Positions 28,361 through 36,340 are shown, counted from the first letter of the stretch. The stretch is DNA of 64,000 nt from Eubacteriales bacterium (GCA_045595165.1 JAZNZY010000005.1:22945-86944); one strand, 5' to 3'. Made by a program: numbers and translations. Notes: a model not told the origin generated them from the sequence alone.

Positions 28361-28573
28361 TTGCGCGGAGCGCAACATCGTTGGGCGCAAGCCCACATCA
28401 TTTGCGGCTTGTCGCAACTTCATTTGCAACTTGTTGCAACATCGTTTTGTGTCCGCAAGCGGACATGATGTTCTCGCTTTGCTCGAAATGATGTTGACCT
28501 TCGGTCAAATGATGTTGTGTCCTTTGCCCCACGAAACTTCGTTTCGCGGGGACCCAAAAGCGGACACAAATGA
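28361..28573. repeat. mirror-organised array of eight ~22-nt mini-hairpin units
   Basis: Units have TTGnnn-loop-nnnCAA palindromes with different stems. Linkers are CATC(R)TT on the left of U5 and ATGATG on the right. See findings. Confidence 0.7.
28527..28555 (-). repeat. GGGTCCCC-hairpin element, short copy inside unit U8 of the hairpin array
   Basis: Minus strand reads GGGTCCCCGCGAAAC-gaag-GTTTCGTGGGG. Confidence 0.6.
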
Positions 28574-28600
28574 AAAAATCCAAGTCTTTCGACTTGGATT
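28572..28600 (-). terminator. terminator of tRNA-Leu
   Basis: ATCCAAGTC-gaaa-GACTTGGAT followed by TTTTTT on the minus strand. Confidence 0.8.
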
Positions 28601-28602
28601 TT

Positions 28603-28689
28603 TGGTGCCGGTGGCGGGGGTCGAACCCGCACGGTATCGCTACCACTGGATTTTGAGTCCAGCACGTCTGCCAATTCCATCACACCGGC
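28603..28689 (-). tRNA. tRNA-Leu (anticodon CAA), CCA encoded
   Basis: Hand-folded from GCCGGTGTGATGGAATTGGCAGACGTGCTGGACTCAAAATCCAGTGGTAGCGATACCGTGCGGGTTCGACCCCCGCCACCGGCACCA. 7-bp acceptor stem, anticodon stem CTGGA/TCCAG with loop CTCAAAA, long variable arm GGTA/TACC, T-arm GCGGG-TTCGACC-CCCGC. Confidence 0.95.
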
Positions 28690-28705
28690 GCATTACGCTT
28701 TGAGC

Positions 28706-28734
28706 AGTATAGCACACTTTACACCGTTTTTCAA
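28706..28734 (-). promoter_or_regulatory. promoter of tRNA-Leu
   Basis: TTGAAA-17-TATACT. The -10 element ends 16 nt before the tRNA 5' end. Confidence 0.65.
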
Positions 28735-28792
28735 GTGGTTTACAACACTTTTTTACAGGAATTCTTGCAAGGAAGCAAACATTATCCCCGTA

Positions 28793-28821
28793 TTGCAAAT
28801 CGGCACCGACTATGATATACT
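28793..28821 (+). promoter_or_regulatory. promoter of the 28844-32649 gene string
   Basis: TTGCAA-17-TATACT, 22 nt upstream of ATG 28844. Confidence 0.55.
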
Positions 28822-28843
28822 TTTACCGAAAGAAGGTAAAGCA

Positions 28844-30478
28844 ATGAGTACATATTATACAAACAAGCCCATTATAAAAGAAGCTGCGGGGAACGCAAAA
28901 GAAATATCGGGCGAGAGGAAAAATCTTATTCTCGGTCTGCCCATACATTCCATCGAGGAAAAGGTATCCTTCGGGGTGAAGGGTGACCGCCCTCACACCA
29001 ATTACGATACCGATTCCCCCTTGCTTACCGACGGAATTTACAGCCCCGACGAAAATTACAAAAACCCCCAATGGTTCCATATAAACAGAGGCGAAGGACG
29101 GGTTATAACCTTTAAGCTTCCCTGCCTCTGCGCGGTTGACGGGTTTATGATAAGCGCCTGCAGAAACGACGAAGTTGCCGTGCGCACGCCCGCATACGTT
29201 AAAATACGCGTATCTGCCGACGGAGAGAATTTTGAAACCGTATACGATAACGAGGACACACGTTCCCACGTTGACAGACAGAATTTTATAATTAAAGGTG
29301 ATTTTGAAAAAACGCTGGCTTTATACGTTCAGATCGCTTTTGACGTTGTTCACCACGTTTATATTGATGAAATCGAGGTTTTCGGTTGCACGGACACAAA
29401 GGGCGCCAAGCAGCCGGTAGCAGACGGGGTCCCCGTATTCAACGAAAAGCCCGTTCCCGCAGAAATTAACGAATATCCCGACGAGGACATTTTGGGGGCG
29501 AGAAATATCGCCCTTACATACAATTTCCGCCCCGTCGCCGAGGACAAGGGCTTGCAGACGGAAGAAAATTATCTTCCCCTTACCGCTTATCTCGATAAAG
29601 ACGGAAATATTAAAGACACGTTTATGGACGGATTTTTGTTTTTGCCCGACGTATCTATGGATTACACTCCCCGCGGTCAATTCGCAGACGGCTGGAAGGA
29701 ATATATGGACAGCGTGTTTGTGAAGGGCAAAAATCTGGATGCTTTGAACTCCGCCGCAAAAAAGACAGGGGACGCTTTGGGAAACCCCGAATACAAGGTA
29801 AAGGTGTATTTCACCCTGCTTTATACCTATACCCACCACAGCGAATTCGGTACCGTGAACGGGGAAAAGCTGGTATTCGATAACCCCGAAAGCCGCAAAA
29901 AGGCGCTGAGATGGCTGATAGATTATATGCTTGAAGAATACGAAAAAGGCGGATATTCCCACACGGAGGTGGGTGGATTTTATTGGTTTGAGGAAGCCTT
30001 GAATCCCACCGACAGATACGAGCAGGAAATTATACGCGATACCTGCGAATACATACATTCCAAGGGGTACAAATGCTTCTGGATACCCTATTTTTGCGCT
30101 CTGGGATATGAAACCTGGAAAGAATACGGATTTGACGTTGCTTGTATGCAGCCGAACTATATGTTTGATTATGATATCCCTCAAAGCAGGCTTTACGAAA
30201 CCGCAACCCAAGCGTTTCGTATGGGAATGTGCGTAGAGCTGGAGGTTTGGAAGATATACGATGAGGACGGAAGCATAGACTCCGACAGTATGGAGAACAT
30301 ACGCAGATTTATACAGTATCTTGAGGCGGGCAAGGAAACGGGATATATGTACGCCCCGAAGATGTATTATCACGGAAGTGCCAAGGGCAGCGTGATAACA
30401 AACGGCTTTAGCAGCAAAAATTCCGCTTACCGTGAAATGTATGATAAAACATACTTGTTTGCAAAGAAAAAGCTGTAG
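28844..30478 (+). CDS. hypothetical protein with an N-terminal discoidin (F5/8 type C)-like region and a C-terminal DUF4855-like region (uncertain)
   Basis: Start refined to MSTYYTNKP, downstream of a TTGCAA-17-TATACT promoter. LLTDGIYSPDENYKNPQWFHI is typical of galactose-binding-like domains. The C-terminal family guess is from memory only. Confidence 0.7.
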   Translation: MSTYYTNKPIIKEAAGNAKEISGERKNLILGLPIHSIEEKVSFGVKGDRPHTNYDTDSPLLTDGIYSPDENYKNPQWFHINRGEGRVITFKLPCLCAVDGFMISACRNDEVAVRTPAYVKIRVSADGENFETVYDNEDTRSHVDRQNFIIKGDFEKTLALYVQIAFDVVHHVYIDEIEVFGCTDTKGAKQPVADGVPVFNEKPVPAEINEYPDEDILGARNIALTYNFRPVAEDKGLQTEENYLPLTAYLDKDGNIKDTFMDGFLFLPDVSMDYTPRGQFADGWKEYMDSVFVKGKNLDALNSAAKKTGDALGNPEYKVKVYFTLLYTYTHHSEFGTVNGEKLVFDNPESRKKALRWLIDYMLEEYEKGGYSHTEVGGFYWFEEALNPTDRYEQEIIRDTCEYIHSKGYKCFWIPYFCALGYETWKEYGFDVACMQPNYMFDYDIPQSRLYETATQAFRMGMCVELEVWKIYDEDGSIDSDSMENIRRFIQYLEAGKETGYMYAPKMYYHGSAKGSVITNGFSSKNSAYREMYDKTYLFAKKKL

Positions 30479-30491
30479 TCAAGGAGAAAAA

Positions 30492-31412
30492 ATGAAAAAA
30501 TATATATCTTTTTTACTTATATTTGTTTTTGCTTTAACCGCCTTTGCGGGATGTGAAACGACGAAAGAGAACGTTTCCGAAGAAGCGAGCGAGGTTTCCG
30601 AAAACGTTTCCGAGGAAGTATCTGAAGAGATTTCCGAAGAAGTGTCCGAAGAAATATCTGATGAGGTTTCGGAGGAGGATGAGGTTTTAACCTCTATCGT
30701 CGGTTCCTGGACGGAATGCTATACCGAAGAGGATTATGCGGACGGATATATCTGGCTTAACGGGTTTGTGTTCGGTGAAAACGGATGCTGTATTGCTTTC
30801 GACACGGAATACAACGTATACGAGGACGAAAACGGCGATATTATGTTCGAGCCCTGCGGCGGAAACAGCCGCGAGGGAGTGTATACGCTTAACGGCAATA
30901 CGCTTATTATCGTATTTGATTTTTCCGTTCAGTACGGTGATAGCTTCTCAAAAACATATACGATAAGCAAAGAGGGCGAAAACCTGATCATTGACGGCAC
31001 GGAATATTTCTTGGAAGCCGAAACGGGCTACGTTCCCGAAAAGCTTACCAAAGAGCTGCTTTACGGCTTGTGGGAGTTTTATGAATTTGAAAACGGCACT
31101 TGTACGAAAGAGTGGATGGAATTCAGAGAAGACGGCACCTGCGAATACGTAAAGGAAAGCTACGTGGAAGCAAACCCCGGCGAAACCGATCTTATTTTGA
31201 TAGACGGAAAGCTTTATAAAAGAGAAAAAACACATGAATGGATCATGGGATATTTTGATATTCACGGCGCGGAAACGGTGACGCTTACCATTCAATCGGA
31301 GGACGTGGTATTCACCGGTTATTACTTGAGCTTATATCAGGATTATCTCACCATATTCTGGCAATACGATGAAGAAGGCGACGTACGAAGCGAGCTTGTA
31401 AAGGTAAACTGA
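30492..31412 (+). CDS. lipoprotein with an acidic VSEE-repeat linker
   Basis: AAGGAG RBS, lipobox LTAFAGC, then about 8 tandem (V/I)SEE(x) units. Confidence 0.8.
   Translation: MKKYISFLLIFVFALTAFAGCETTKENVSEEASEVSENVSEEVSEEISEEVSEEISDEVSEEDEVLTSIVGSWTECYTEEDYADGYIWLNGFVFGENGCCIAFDTEYNVYEDENGDIMFEPCGGNSREGVYTLNGNTLIIVFDFSVQYGDSFSKTYTISKEGENLIIDGTEYFLEAETGYVPEKLTKELLYGLWEFYEFENGTCTKEWMEFREDGTCEYVKESYVEANPGETDLILIDGKLYKREKTHEWIMGYFDIHGAETVTLTIQSEDVVFTGYYLSLYQDYLTIFWQYDEEGDVRSELVKVN
30573..30683 (+). repeat. in-frame tandem ~15-nt coding repeats, (V/I)SEE(x), about 8 units
   Basis: GTTTCCGAAGAAGCG.../GTTTCCGAGGAAGTA/TCTGAAGAGATT/TCCGAAGAAGTG... Confidence 0.7.
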
Positions 31413-31505
31413 AGTTTTTTGAAAAAATATTTATTTTTCGTGAAACCAAACGGGATTTTTGACGGTATTATATATGTAGGCACCAAAAGAAAGGAGCGCA
31501 TATAA

Positions 31506-32039
31506 ATGAAAGGCAAAAGCAAGTGCAAAATACTTAAAGATATCCGCAAGCAGATTGCAAAGGAAAACGATATTGAATTTATTACAAGCGAATGCAAATA
31601 CCAAGGAGATTGCCTTGGTACCTGCCCCAAGTGCGAGGCGGAAGTGCGGTATCTTGAAGAAGAGCTGAAAAAGAGAAAAAGTGCGGGAAAAGGAATTGCC
31701 GTTGCGGGAATTGCCGCCGCTTTTACCTTGACTGCAACAAGCTGTAACGAGCTTATTGATAACGTTATCCGCGGACCGATTCAGGGAGATATGGCTATGC
31801 CCCCCGAACAGTCTTATGAAACGGTGGACGGAGAAATGCCGTCGGTATCACAGCCCGTTATCACGGACGATTCCGACGATATAGTGACCGAAGGCGAGCT
31901 TATGCCCGAGGAAAGCGAATATTGGCAGGAAACTCCCGGCGAGGCTATGCCCGAGGAAAGCGAAGTTTCGGAGGAATGGGAAGAGGGAGAAATTGAGGTA
32001 GAAATTATGGGAGATATGGCTCCCGGATACTATGATTAA
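31506..32039 (+). CDS. Cys-rich (C-x5-C-x3-C-x2-C) single-pass membrane protein with an acidic C-terminal tail
   Basis: Basic N-terminus MKGKSKCKILKDIRKQIAKEN, Cys module SECKYQGDCLGTCPKCEAE, TM segment GIAVAGIAAAFTLTA, Glu/Asp-rich tail with repeated MPEESE. Overlaps the next gene by 8 nt. Confidence 0.7.
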   Translation: MKGKSKCKILKDIRKQIAKENDIEFITSECKYQGDCLGTCPKCEAEVRYLEEELKKRKSAGKGIAVAGIAAAFTLTATSCNELIDNVIRGPIQGDMAMPPEQSYETVDGEMPSVSQPVITDDSDDIVTEGELMPEESEYWQETPGEAMPEESEVSEEWEEGEIEVEIMGDMAPGYYD

Positions 32040-32649
32040 AGCCCCGATAATTGCCCTATCCCGCCACAGAATGCAGACCGACGGAGACGGAGTTACCACA
32101 CTGGTGTGCTTTCACGGCTGTCCCTTGCGGTGCAAATGGTGTATAAACCCCTTTTCCTTTGCGGAAGACACCAAAAAGAATATGCTGACCTCCGAAGAGC
32201 TATACCAAAAAACAAAGATAGATTCTTTGTATTTTCTTGCAACGGGAGGCGGCGTTACCTTTGGAGGGGGAGAGCCTCTTTTGTATGGGGATTTTTTAAA
32301 GGAATTCAGACAGGTGTGCGGTAACGAATGGCATCTCTGCGCCGAAACGTCTTTAAACGTGCCTACGGAAAACGTGATAAAAGCGGCGGAGTGTATAGAC
32401 GTTTTTTACGTGGACTGCAAGGATACAAACCCCGAAATATATTTTTCCTACACGGGCAAGGACAACACCCTTATGCTGGAAAACCTGCGTATACTGCTGG
32501 ACAAGGTGGGAAGCGAGCGGATAATCGTCCGTGTACCTCTTATCCCCCAATACAACACCGACGAGGACAGACAGAAAAGCAAAGAATTGCTTACCCGAAT
32601 GGGGGTTACACGTTTTGATATATTTACATATAAAATTAAGGAGCGTTAA
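32032..32649 (+). CDS. small radical SAM protein of the glycyl-radical-enzyme-activase type
   Basis: FHGCPLRCKWCINP (CX3CX2C with the activase-style flanks) and GGGVTFGGGEPLL SAM-binding motif. 205 aa, with no ferredoxin or SPASM extension. Confidence 0.8.
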   Translation: MIKAPIIALSRHRMQTDGDGVTTLVCFHGCPLRCKWCINPFSFAEDTKKNMLTSEELYQKTKIDSLYFLATGGGVTFGGGEPLLYGDFLKEFRQVCGNEWHLCAETSLNVPTENVIKAAECIDVFYVDCKDTNPEIYFSYTGKDNTLMLENLRILLDKVGSERIIVRVPLIPQYNTDEDRQKSKELLTRMGVTRFDIFTYKIKER

Positions 32650-32667
32650 AAACGCTCCTTGTTTTTG
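32638..32667 (+). terminator. terminator after the radical SAM gene
   Basis: AAGGAGCGTT-aaa-AACGCTCCTT followed by GTTTTT. The stem includes the stop codon. Confidence 0.75.
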
Positions 32668-32671
32668 TATC

Positions 32672-32704
32672 GGGGTCCCCAAGAAGCCGGCAGGCTTGTT
32701 GGGG
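32672..32704 (+). repeat. GGGGTCCCC-hairpin element, short copy
   Basis: GGGGTCCCCAAGAAGCC-ggca-GGCTTGTTGGGG. Confidence 0.6.
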
Positions 32705-32709
32705 TGATT

Positions 32710-33108
32710 TTATTCCTCGTTATTATTTAAACATTTAACATAGCAAGCCGTGCTTGTAAGCGTTAACGAAAAGAACAGCAGTGCCAGTCCTGCAAGAATT
32801 GCGCTGACGGGGCTGGTAGCTACGACGCCTACGGCAAGAAGTATTACCGAAAACAGCACCGTGCCCAATATGCCCGCAAGCAATGAGTTTATTATCGAGC
32901 TCGGGCAGGACGTATCAGATAACGCCGCCGCAAGCAATACCACGCCCAGATAGACTACAGCCACGCCGAGTATGACCCAAAGGAACGCGGCGGTAACGGT
33001 AATAATACCGGTTATCTGTAAAAACGCGGTGATTATACCAACGAGAACGCTGGCGATAACAGCCCAGAGTACGCAGTTGCGCTTGCAATCGCAGTTTAAT
33101 AATGACAT
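32710..33108 (-). CDS. small polytopic membrane protein with Cys-containing termini
   Basis: 132 aa. MSLLNCDCKRNC N-terminus, 4 hydrophobic segments, C-terminal TSTACYVKC. GGAGG RBS. Confidence 0.6.
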   Translation of the reverse strand: MSLLNCDCKRNCVLWAVIASVLVGIITAFLQITGIITVTAAFLWVILGVAVVYLGVVLLAAALSDTSCPSSIINSLLAGILGTVLFSVILLAVGVVATSPVSAILAGLALLFFSLTLTSTACYVKCLNNNEE

Positions 33109-33264
33109 ATATTTTCACCTCCTATGTCAATATATGCCCCACATCAACAATGGGTGAAAGTCCTTGTTCCGAGACAGATCCTTCGGAGCGGGCAGTGGTA
33201 AATCCGCATCCCCCGCCCCGGGACGAAACGTGCATAATTGTGCAAAAAAAGTTATAAATTTTCA

Positions 33265-33293
33265 TTGACATACGGAACGTAAAGTGGTATATT
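33265..33293 (+). promoter_or_regulatory. promoter of the ABC uptake operon
   Basis: TTGACA-17-TGgTATATT. Confidence 0.65.
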
Positions 33294-33333
33294 AATAGCA
33301 TCTTTTATTTATGGTTCAGAAAGGCAAAAGAAA

Positions 33334-34311
33334 ATGAAAAAGATTATTGCATTATTATTAACCTTGCTTATGGTTACAGCATTCACCGCGTGTGACACCA
33401 CACCTGCCAAAGAAGACGGCAAGTACGTGGTTGGCGTTGTGCAGCTTGCTCCCCACCCCGCGCTTGACGCAGCGACACAAGGCTTTATAGACACTCTTAA
33501 GGCAGAACTGGGCGAGGATAATGTTGAAGTTAAAGTAGAGATCGCAGCCGGCGATACCGCTACCTGCGCTCCCATAGTAAACTCCTTTGTTGCAGAAGGT
33601 GTAGATCTTATTATGGCAAACGCAACTCCCGCACTCCAGGCAGCCGCAGCCGCTACCACCGAAATTCCCATTCTCGGCACCTCCGTTACCGAATACGGCG
33701 TTGCTCTTGACATTAAGGATTTTGACGGTCTCGTTGGCGGAAACATTTCCGGCACCTCCGACCTTGCTCCCCTTACCAAGCAGGCGGACATGATAAAGGA
33801 ATGGTTCCCCGAAGCAAAGAATATCGGTCTCCTTTTCTGCTCCGCAGAGGCTAACTCCAAGTATCAGGTAGATACCGTTCAGGCTTATCTTGAAGGCATG
33901 GGCTACACCTGCAAGCAGTATCCCTTCGCAGATTCCAACGAAATGCAGTCCGTAACTCAGAAGGCTGCCAGCGAATCCGACGTTATATATGTTCCTACCG
34001 ATAACACTGTAGCAAACGCTACCGGTATCGTAGACGGCATCTGCCAGCCCGCAAAGGTTCCCGTTATTGCAGGAGAAGAAGGCATTTGCTCCGGCTGCGG
34101 TGTTGCGACCCTTTGTATCAGCTATTACGATCTCGGCGTTGCTACCGCAAAGATGGCTGTTAAGATTCTTAAAGGCGAAGCAAATGTTTCCGAAATGCCT
34201 ATTGAGTACGTAGCAGAAGACGACATTACCCCCAAATACAACAAGGATATTTGCGAAGCGCTGGGCATCACTCCTCCCAAAGGATACACAGCTATCGAAA
34301 AAGCAGACTAA
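33334..34311 (+). CDS. ABC transporter substrate-binding lipoprotein (ABC_sub_bind/PF04392-like)
   Basis: Lipobox LMVTAFTAC, then YVVGVVQLAPHPALDAATQGF, typical of this SBP family. Followed by permease and ATPase genes. Confidence 0.8.
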   Translation: MKKIIALLLTLLMVTAFTACDTTPAKEDGKYVVGVVQLAPHPALDAATQGFIDTLKAELGEDNVEVKVEIAAGDTATCAPIVNSFVAEGVDLIMANATPALQAAAAATTEIPILGTSVTEYGVALDIKDFDGLVGGNISGTSDLAPLTKQADMIKEWFPEAKNIGLLFCSAEANSKYQVDTVQAYLEGMGYTCKQYPFADSNEMQSVTQKAASESDVIYVPTDNTVANATGIVDGICQPAKVPVIAGEEGICSGCGVATLCISYYDLGVATAKMAVKILKGEANVSEMPIEYVAEDDITPKYNKDICEALGITPPKGYTAIEKAD

Positions 34312-34314
34312 AAA

Positions 34315-34392
34315 CCCCCAAGAAAGGTTTTTAGATGTGTAGGGGTGATCAAAACCTGTTATGATGGTAAAAACGCTTTCTCGGGGACCCCG
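34315..34392 (-). repeat. GGGGTCCCC-hairpin element, long copy 2
   Basis: The reverse complement reads GGGGTCCCCGAGAAAGCGTTTTTA...ATCTAAAAACCTTTCTTGGGG. Both ends are near-identical to copy 3; the core differs. Confidence 0.75.
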
Positions 34393-34430
34393 AAAAAAAC
34401 ACCCCAAGAAACACACAAAAATACGTAAAA

Positions 34431-34457
34431 GGGCGAGATGGAAACACCATCTCGCCC
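34431..34457 (+). promoter_or_regulatory. intercistronic stem-loop between the SBP and permease genes
   Basis: GGGCGAGATGG-aaaca-CCATCTCGCCC (11-bp stem) with no U-tract. Probably an mRNA stabiliser or attenuator. Confidence 0.5.
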
Positions 34458-34497
34458 ACCTTAGCAAAACGACATAAATTTTAAAAAGGATTTTTTT

Positions 34498-35457
34498 ATG
34501 ACAAGCTTTCTGAATGCGCTCCCCAGCGCAGTAGCGCAGGGTCTTATCTGGGGTATAATGGCGATAGGCGTATACATTACATACAGATTGTTGGACGTAT
34601 CCGACCTTACCGTTGATGGATCCTTCTGTACCGGCGGCGCAGTTTGCGCCGTAATGATAGTTGCGGGCTACAACGTATGGCTTTCTATGGCTGTGGCGTT
34701 TATCGTCGGCATGGTAACCGGTCTTGTAACCGGACTTCTTAACACAAGGCTGGGCATCCCCCCCATACTTGCAGGTATACTTACACAGCTCGGTCTGTGG
34801 TCTGTAAATCTGGCAATAATGGACATGAAGGCAAACCAGCCTCTTAACGTAAATAATTACAAGCTTATCGTTTCTCTCCGTTACCTGCAGGACGTTGTAA
34901 AGGGCGACCGTCCCTTTTATATGTACCCCCTGTTTACGGTAGGCTTATTTACTGTAGGTATCATACTCGTTTTATATTGGTTCTTCGGTACCGAGCTGGG
35001 CGCTTCTCTCCGCGCAACCGGAGCAAACGGAAATATGGCTCGTGCGCAAGGCATAAACACCAATGTAAACAAGGTTTTGGGACTTATGATATCCAACGGT
35101 CTCGTAGCCCTTTCCGGCGCACTGCTTGCACAGTATCAGAGCTTTGCGGATATCAACATGGGCAGAGGCGCAATCGTAATAGGTCTTGCCGCTGTAATTA
35201 TCGGCGAGGTGTTGTTCAGTAAGCTGTTCCGAAACTTTGCGTTAAAGCTGCTTTCCGTAAGTATCGGTGCGGTAGTTTATTACGTTGTTATTCAGGCGGT
35301 AATAAGTATGCTGGATATTAACTCCAACTATATGAAGCTTATATCCGCAGTTATAGTTGCAATATTCCTTGCAGTTCCTCACCTCCGCGCAAAGGTGTTC
35401 GGCGGAAGAAACGTAAACGTTAAAGCGGGAAAGGAGAATAACAATGTTAAAGGTTAA
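34498..35457 (+). CDS. ABC transporter permease (branched-chain/BPD_transp_2 type)
   Basis: 319 aa, polytopic. 14-nt overlap with the ATPase gene. Confidence 0.8.
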   Translation: MTSFLNALPSAVAQGLIWGIMAIGVYITYRLLDVSDLTVDGSFCTGGAVCAVMIVAGYNVWLSMAVAFIVGMVTGLVTGLLNTRLGIPPILAGILTQLGLWSVNLAIMDMKANQPLNVNNYKLIVSLRYLQDVVKGDRPFYMYPLFTVGLFTVGIILVLYWFFGTELGASLRATGANGNMARAQGINTNVNKVLGLMISNGLVALSGALLAQYQSFADINMGRGAIVIGLAAVIIGEVLFSKLFRNFALKLLSVSIGAVVYYVVIQAVISMLDINSNYMKLISAVIVAIFLAVPHLRAKVFGGRNVNVKAGKENNNVKG

Positions 35458-36238
35458 TAATATTGTAAAAGTATTCAATCCCCACACCATAAACGAAAAG
35501 GTCGCCCTCAACGGCGTTGATCTTGAGCTTAAAAGCGGCGATTTCGTCAGCGTTATCGGCGGTAACGGCGCGGGTAAGAGTACGCTGCTCAACTGCGTTG
35601 CAGGGGTTTACCACGTTGAGGCAGGAAGTATTGTTATTGACGGAACGGACGTAACCAAGCTTCCCGAGCATAAAAGAGCAAAATTTATCGGCAGAGTATT
35701 CCAGGACCCTATGATGGGTACTGCCGCAACAATGCAGATAGAGGAAAATCTTGCCCTTGCCGCACGCAGAGGAAAGCTTAGACTTCTCGGCCCCGGTATA
35801 ACTAAAAAGGAAAGAGAAAACTACCGCGAGCAGTTAAAGATACTCGACCTTGGTCTTGAAAACCGTATGACCGCAAAGGTAGGACTTCTCTCCGGCGGAC
35901 AAAGACAGGCGCTTACTCTGCTTATGGCAACGCTTCAACAGCCCAAGCTTTTGCTTCTTGACGAGCACACCGCAGCCCTTGACCCCAAGACCGCCGCAAA
36001 GGTTTTGGAAACTACCGAAAAGATAGTTAATAAAAACAACCTTACCACACTTATGATAACTCACAATATGCGTGATGCAATTACATACGGTAACAGGCTT
36101 ATTATGATGCATGAGGGCAGAATCGTGGTGGACGTAAGCGGGGAGGAAAAGAAAAATCTTACCGTTGAACAGCTTATGGGTCTGTTCTCCAAGACAAGCG
36201 GAAGCGAGATCGCAAACGATAAATTACTTCTTTCATAA
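35444..36238 (+). CDS. ABC transporter ATP-binding protein
   Basis: Walker A GGNGAGKST, signature LSGGQRQ, Walker B LLLLDEHT. Confidence 0.9.
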   Translation: MLKVNNIVKVFNPHTINEKVALNGVDLELKSGDFVSVIGGNGAGKSTLLNCVAGVYHVEAGSIVIDGTDVTKLPEHKRAKFIGRVFQDPMMGTAATMQIEENLALAARRGKLRLLGPGITKKERENYREQLKILDLGLENRMTAKVGLLSGGQRQALTLLMATLQQPKLLLLDEHTAALDPKTAAKVLETTEKIVNKNNLTTLMITHNMRDAITYGNRLIMMHEGRIVVDVSGEEKKNLTVEQLMGLFSKTSGSEIANDKLLLS

Positions 36239-36256
36239 AAAATTACTTCAAGAAAA

Positions 36257-36288
36257 ACACACCGAGAAGCTTCTTGGTGTGTTTTTTG
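36257..36288 (+). terminator. terminator after the ABC operon
   Basis: ACACACCGAGAAG/CTTCTTGGTGTGT followed by TTTTT. Confidence 0.8.
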
Positions 36289-36340
36289 TGTCTTAACGTC
36301 GAACCGAGTAATATATTGATATTACGGAGGTTGATATTTT

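Noticed and set aside
28361-28573. Hairpin array considered as a CRISPR array
   Set aside because: The units have a 20-24 nt period. The palindromes are not identical repeats, there are no unique spacers of 25-40 nt, and no cas genes are present.
29321-30373. 350-aa minus-strand ORF
   Set aside because: It is antisense to the 28844-30478 gene, which has a proper promoter and RBS. No motifs were recognised.
31506-32039. Cys-rich protein considered as a RiPP precursor or an autonomous glycyl-radical cofactor
   Set aside because: At 177 aa with a TM helix it is too large for a typical precursor. It has no RVxG(F/Y) glycine loop, and the partner radical SAM enzyme lacks SPASM or auxiliary clusters.
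33140-33225. Cobalamin-riboswitch-like words (GGTGAAAGTCC ... CCCCCGC) upstream of the ABC operon
   Set aside because: The spacing is wrong, there is no GCCACTG B12 box downstream, and the segment lies upstream of the best promoter (33265-33293). I leave it as an unexplained GC-rich divergent intergenic stretch.
33358-34467. 369-aa minus-strand ORF
   Set aside because: It is antisense to the ABC substrate-binding lipoprotein gene. The product is Cys/Gly/Asn-rich and low-complexity, with no RBS or promoter.
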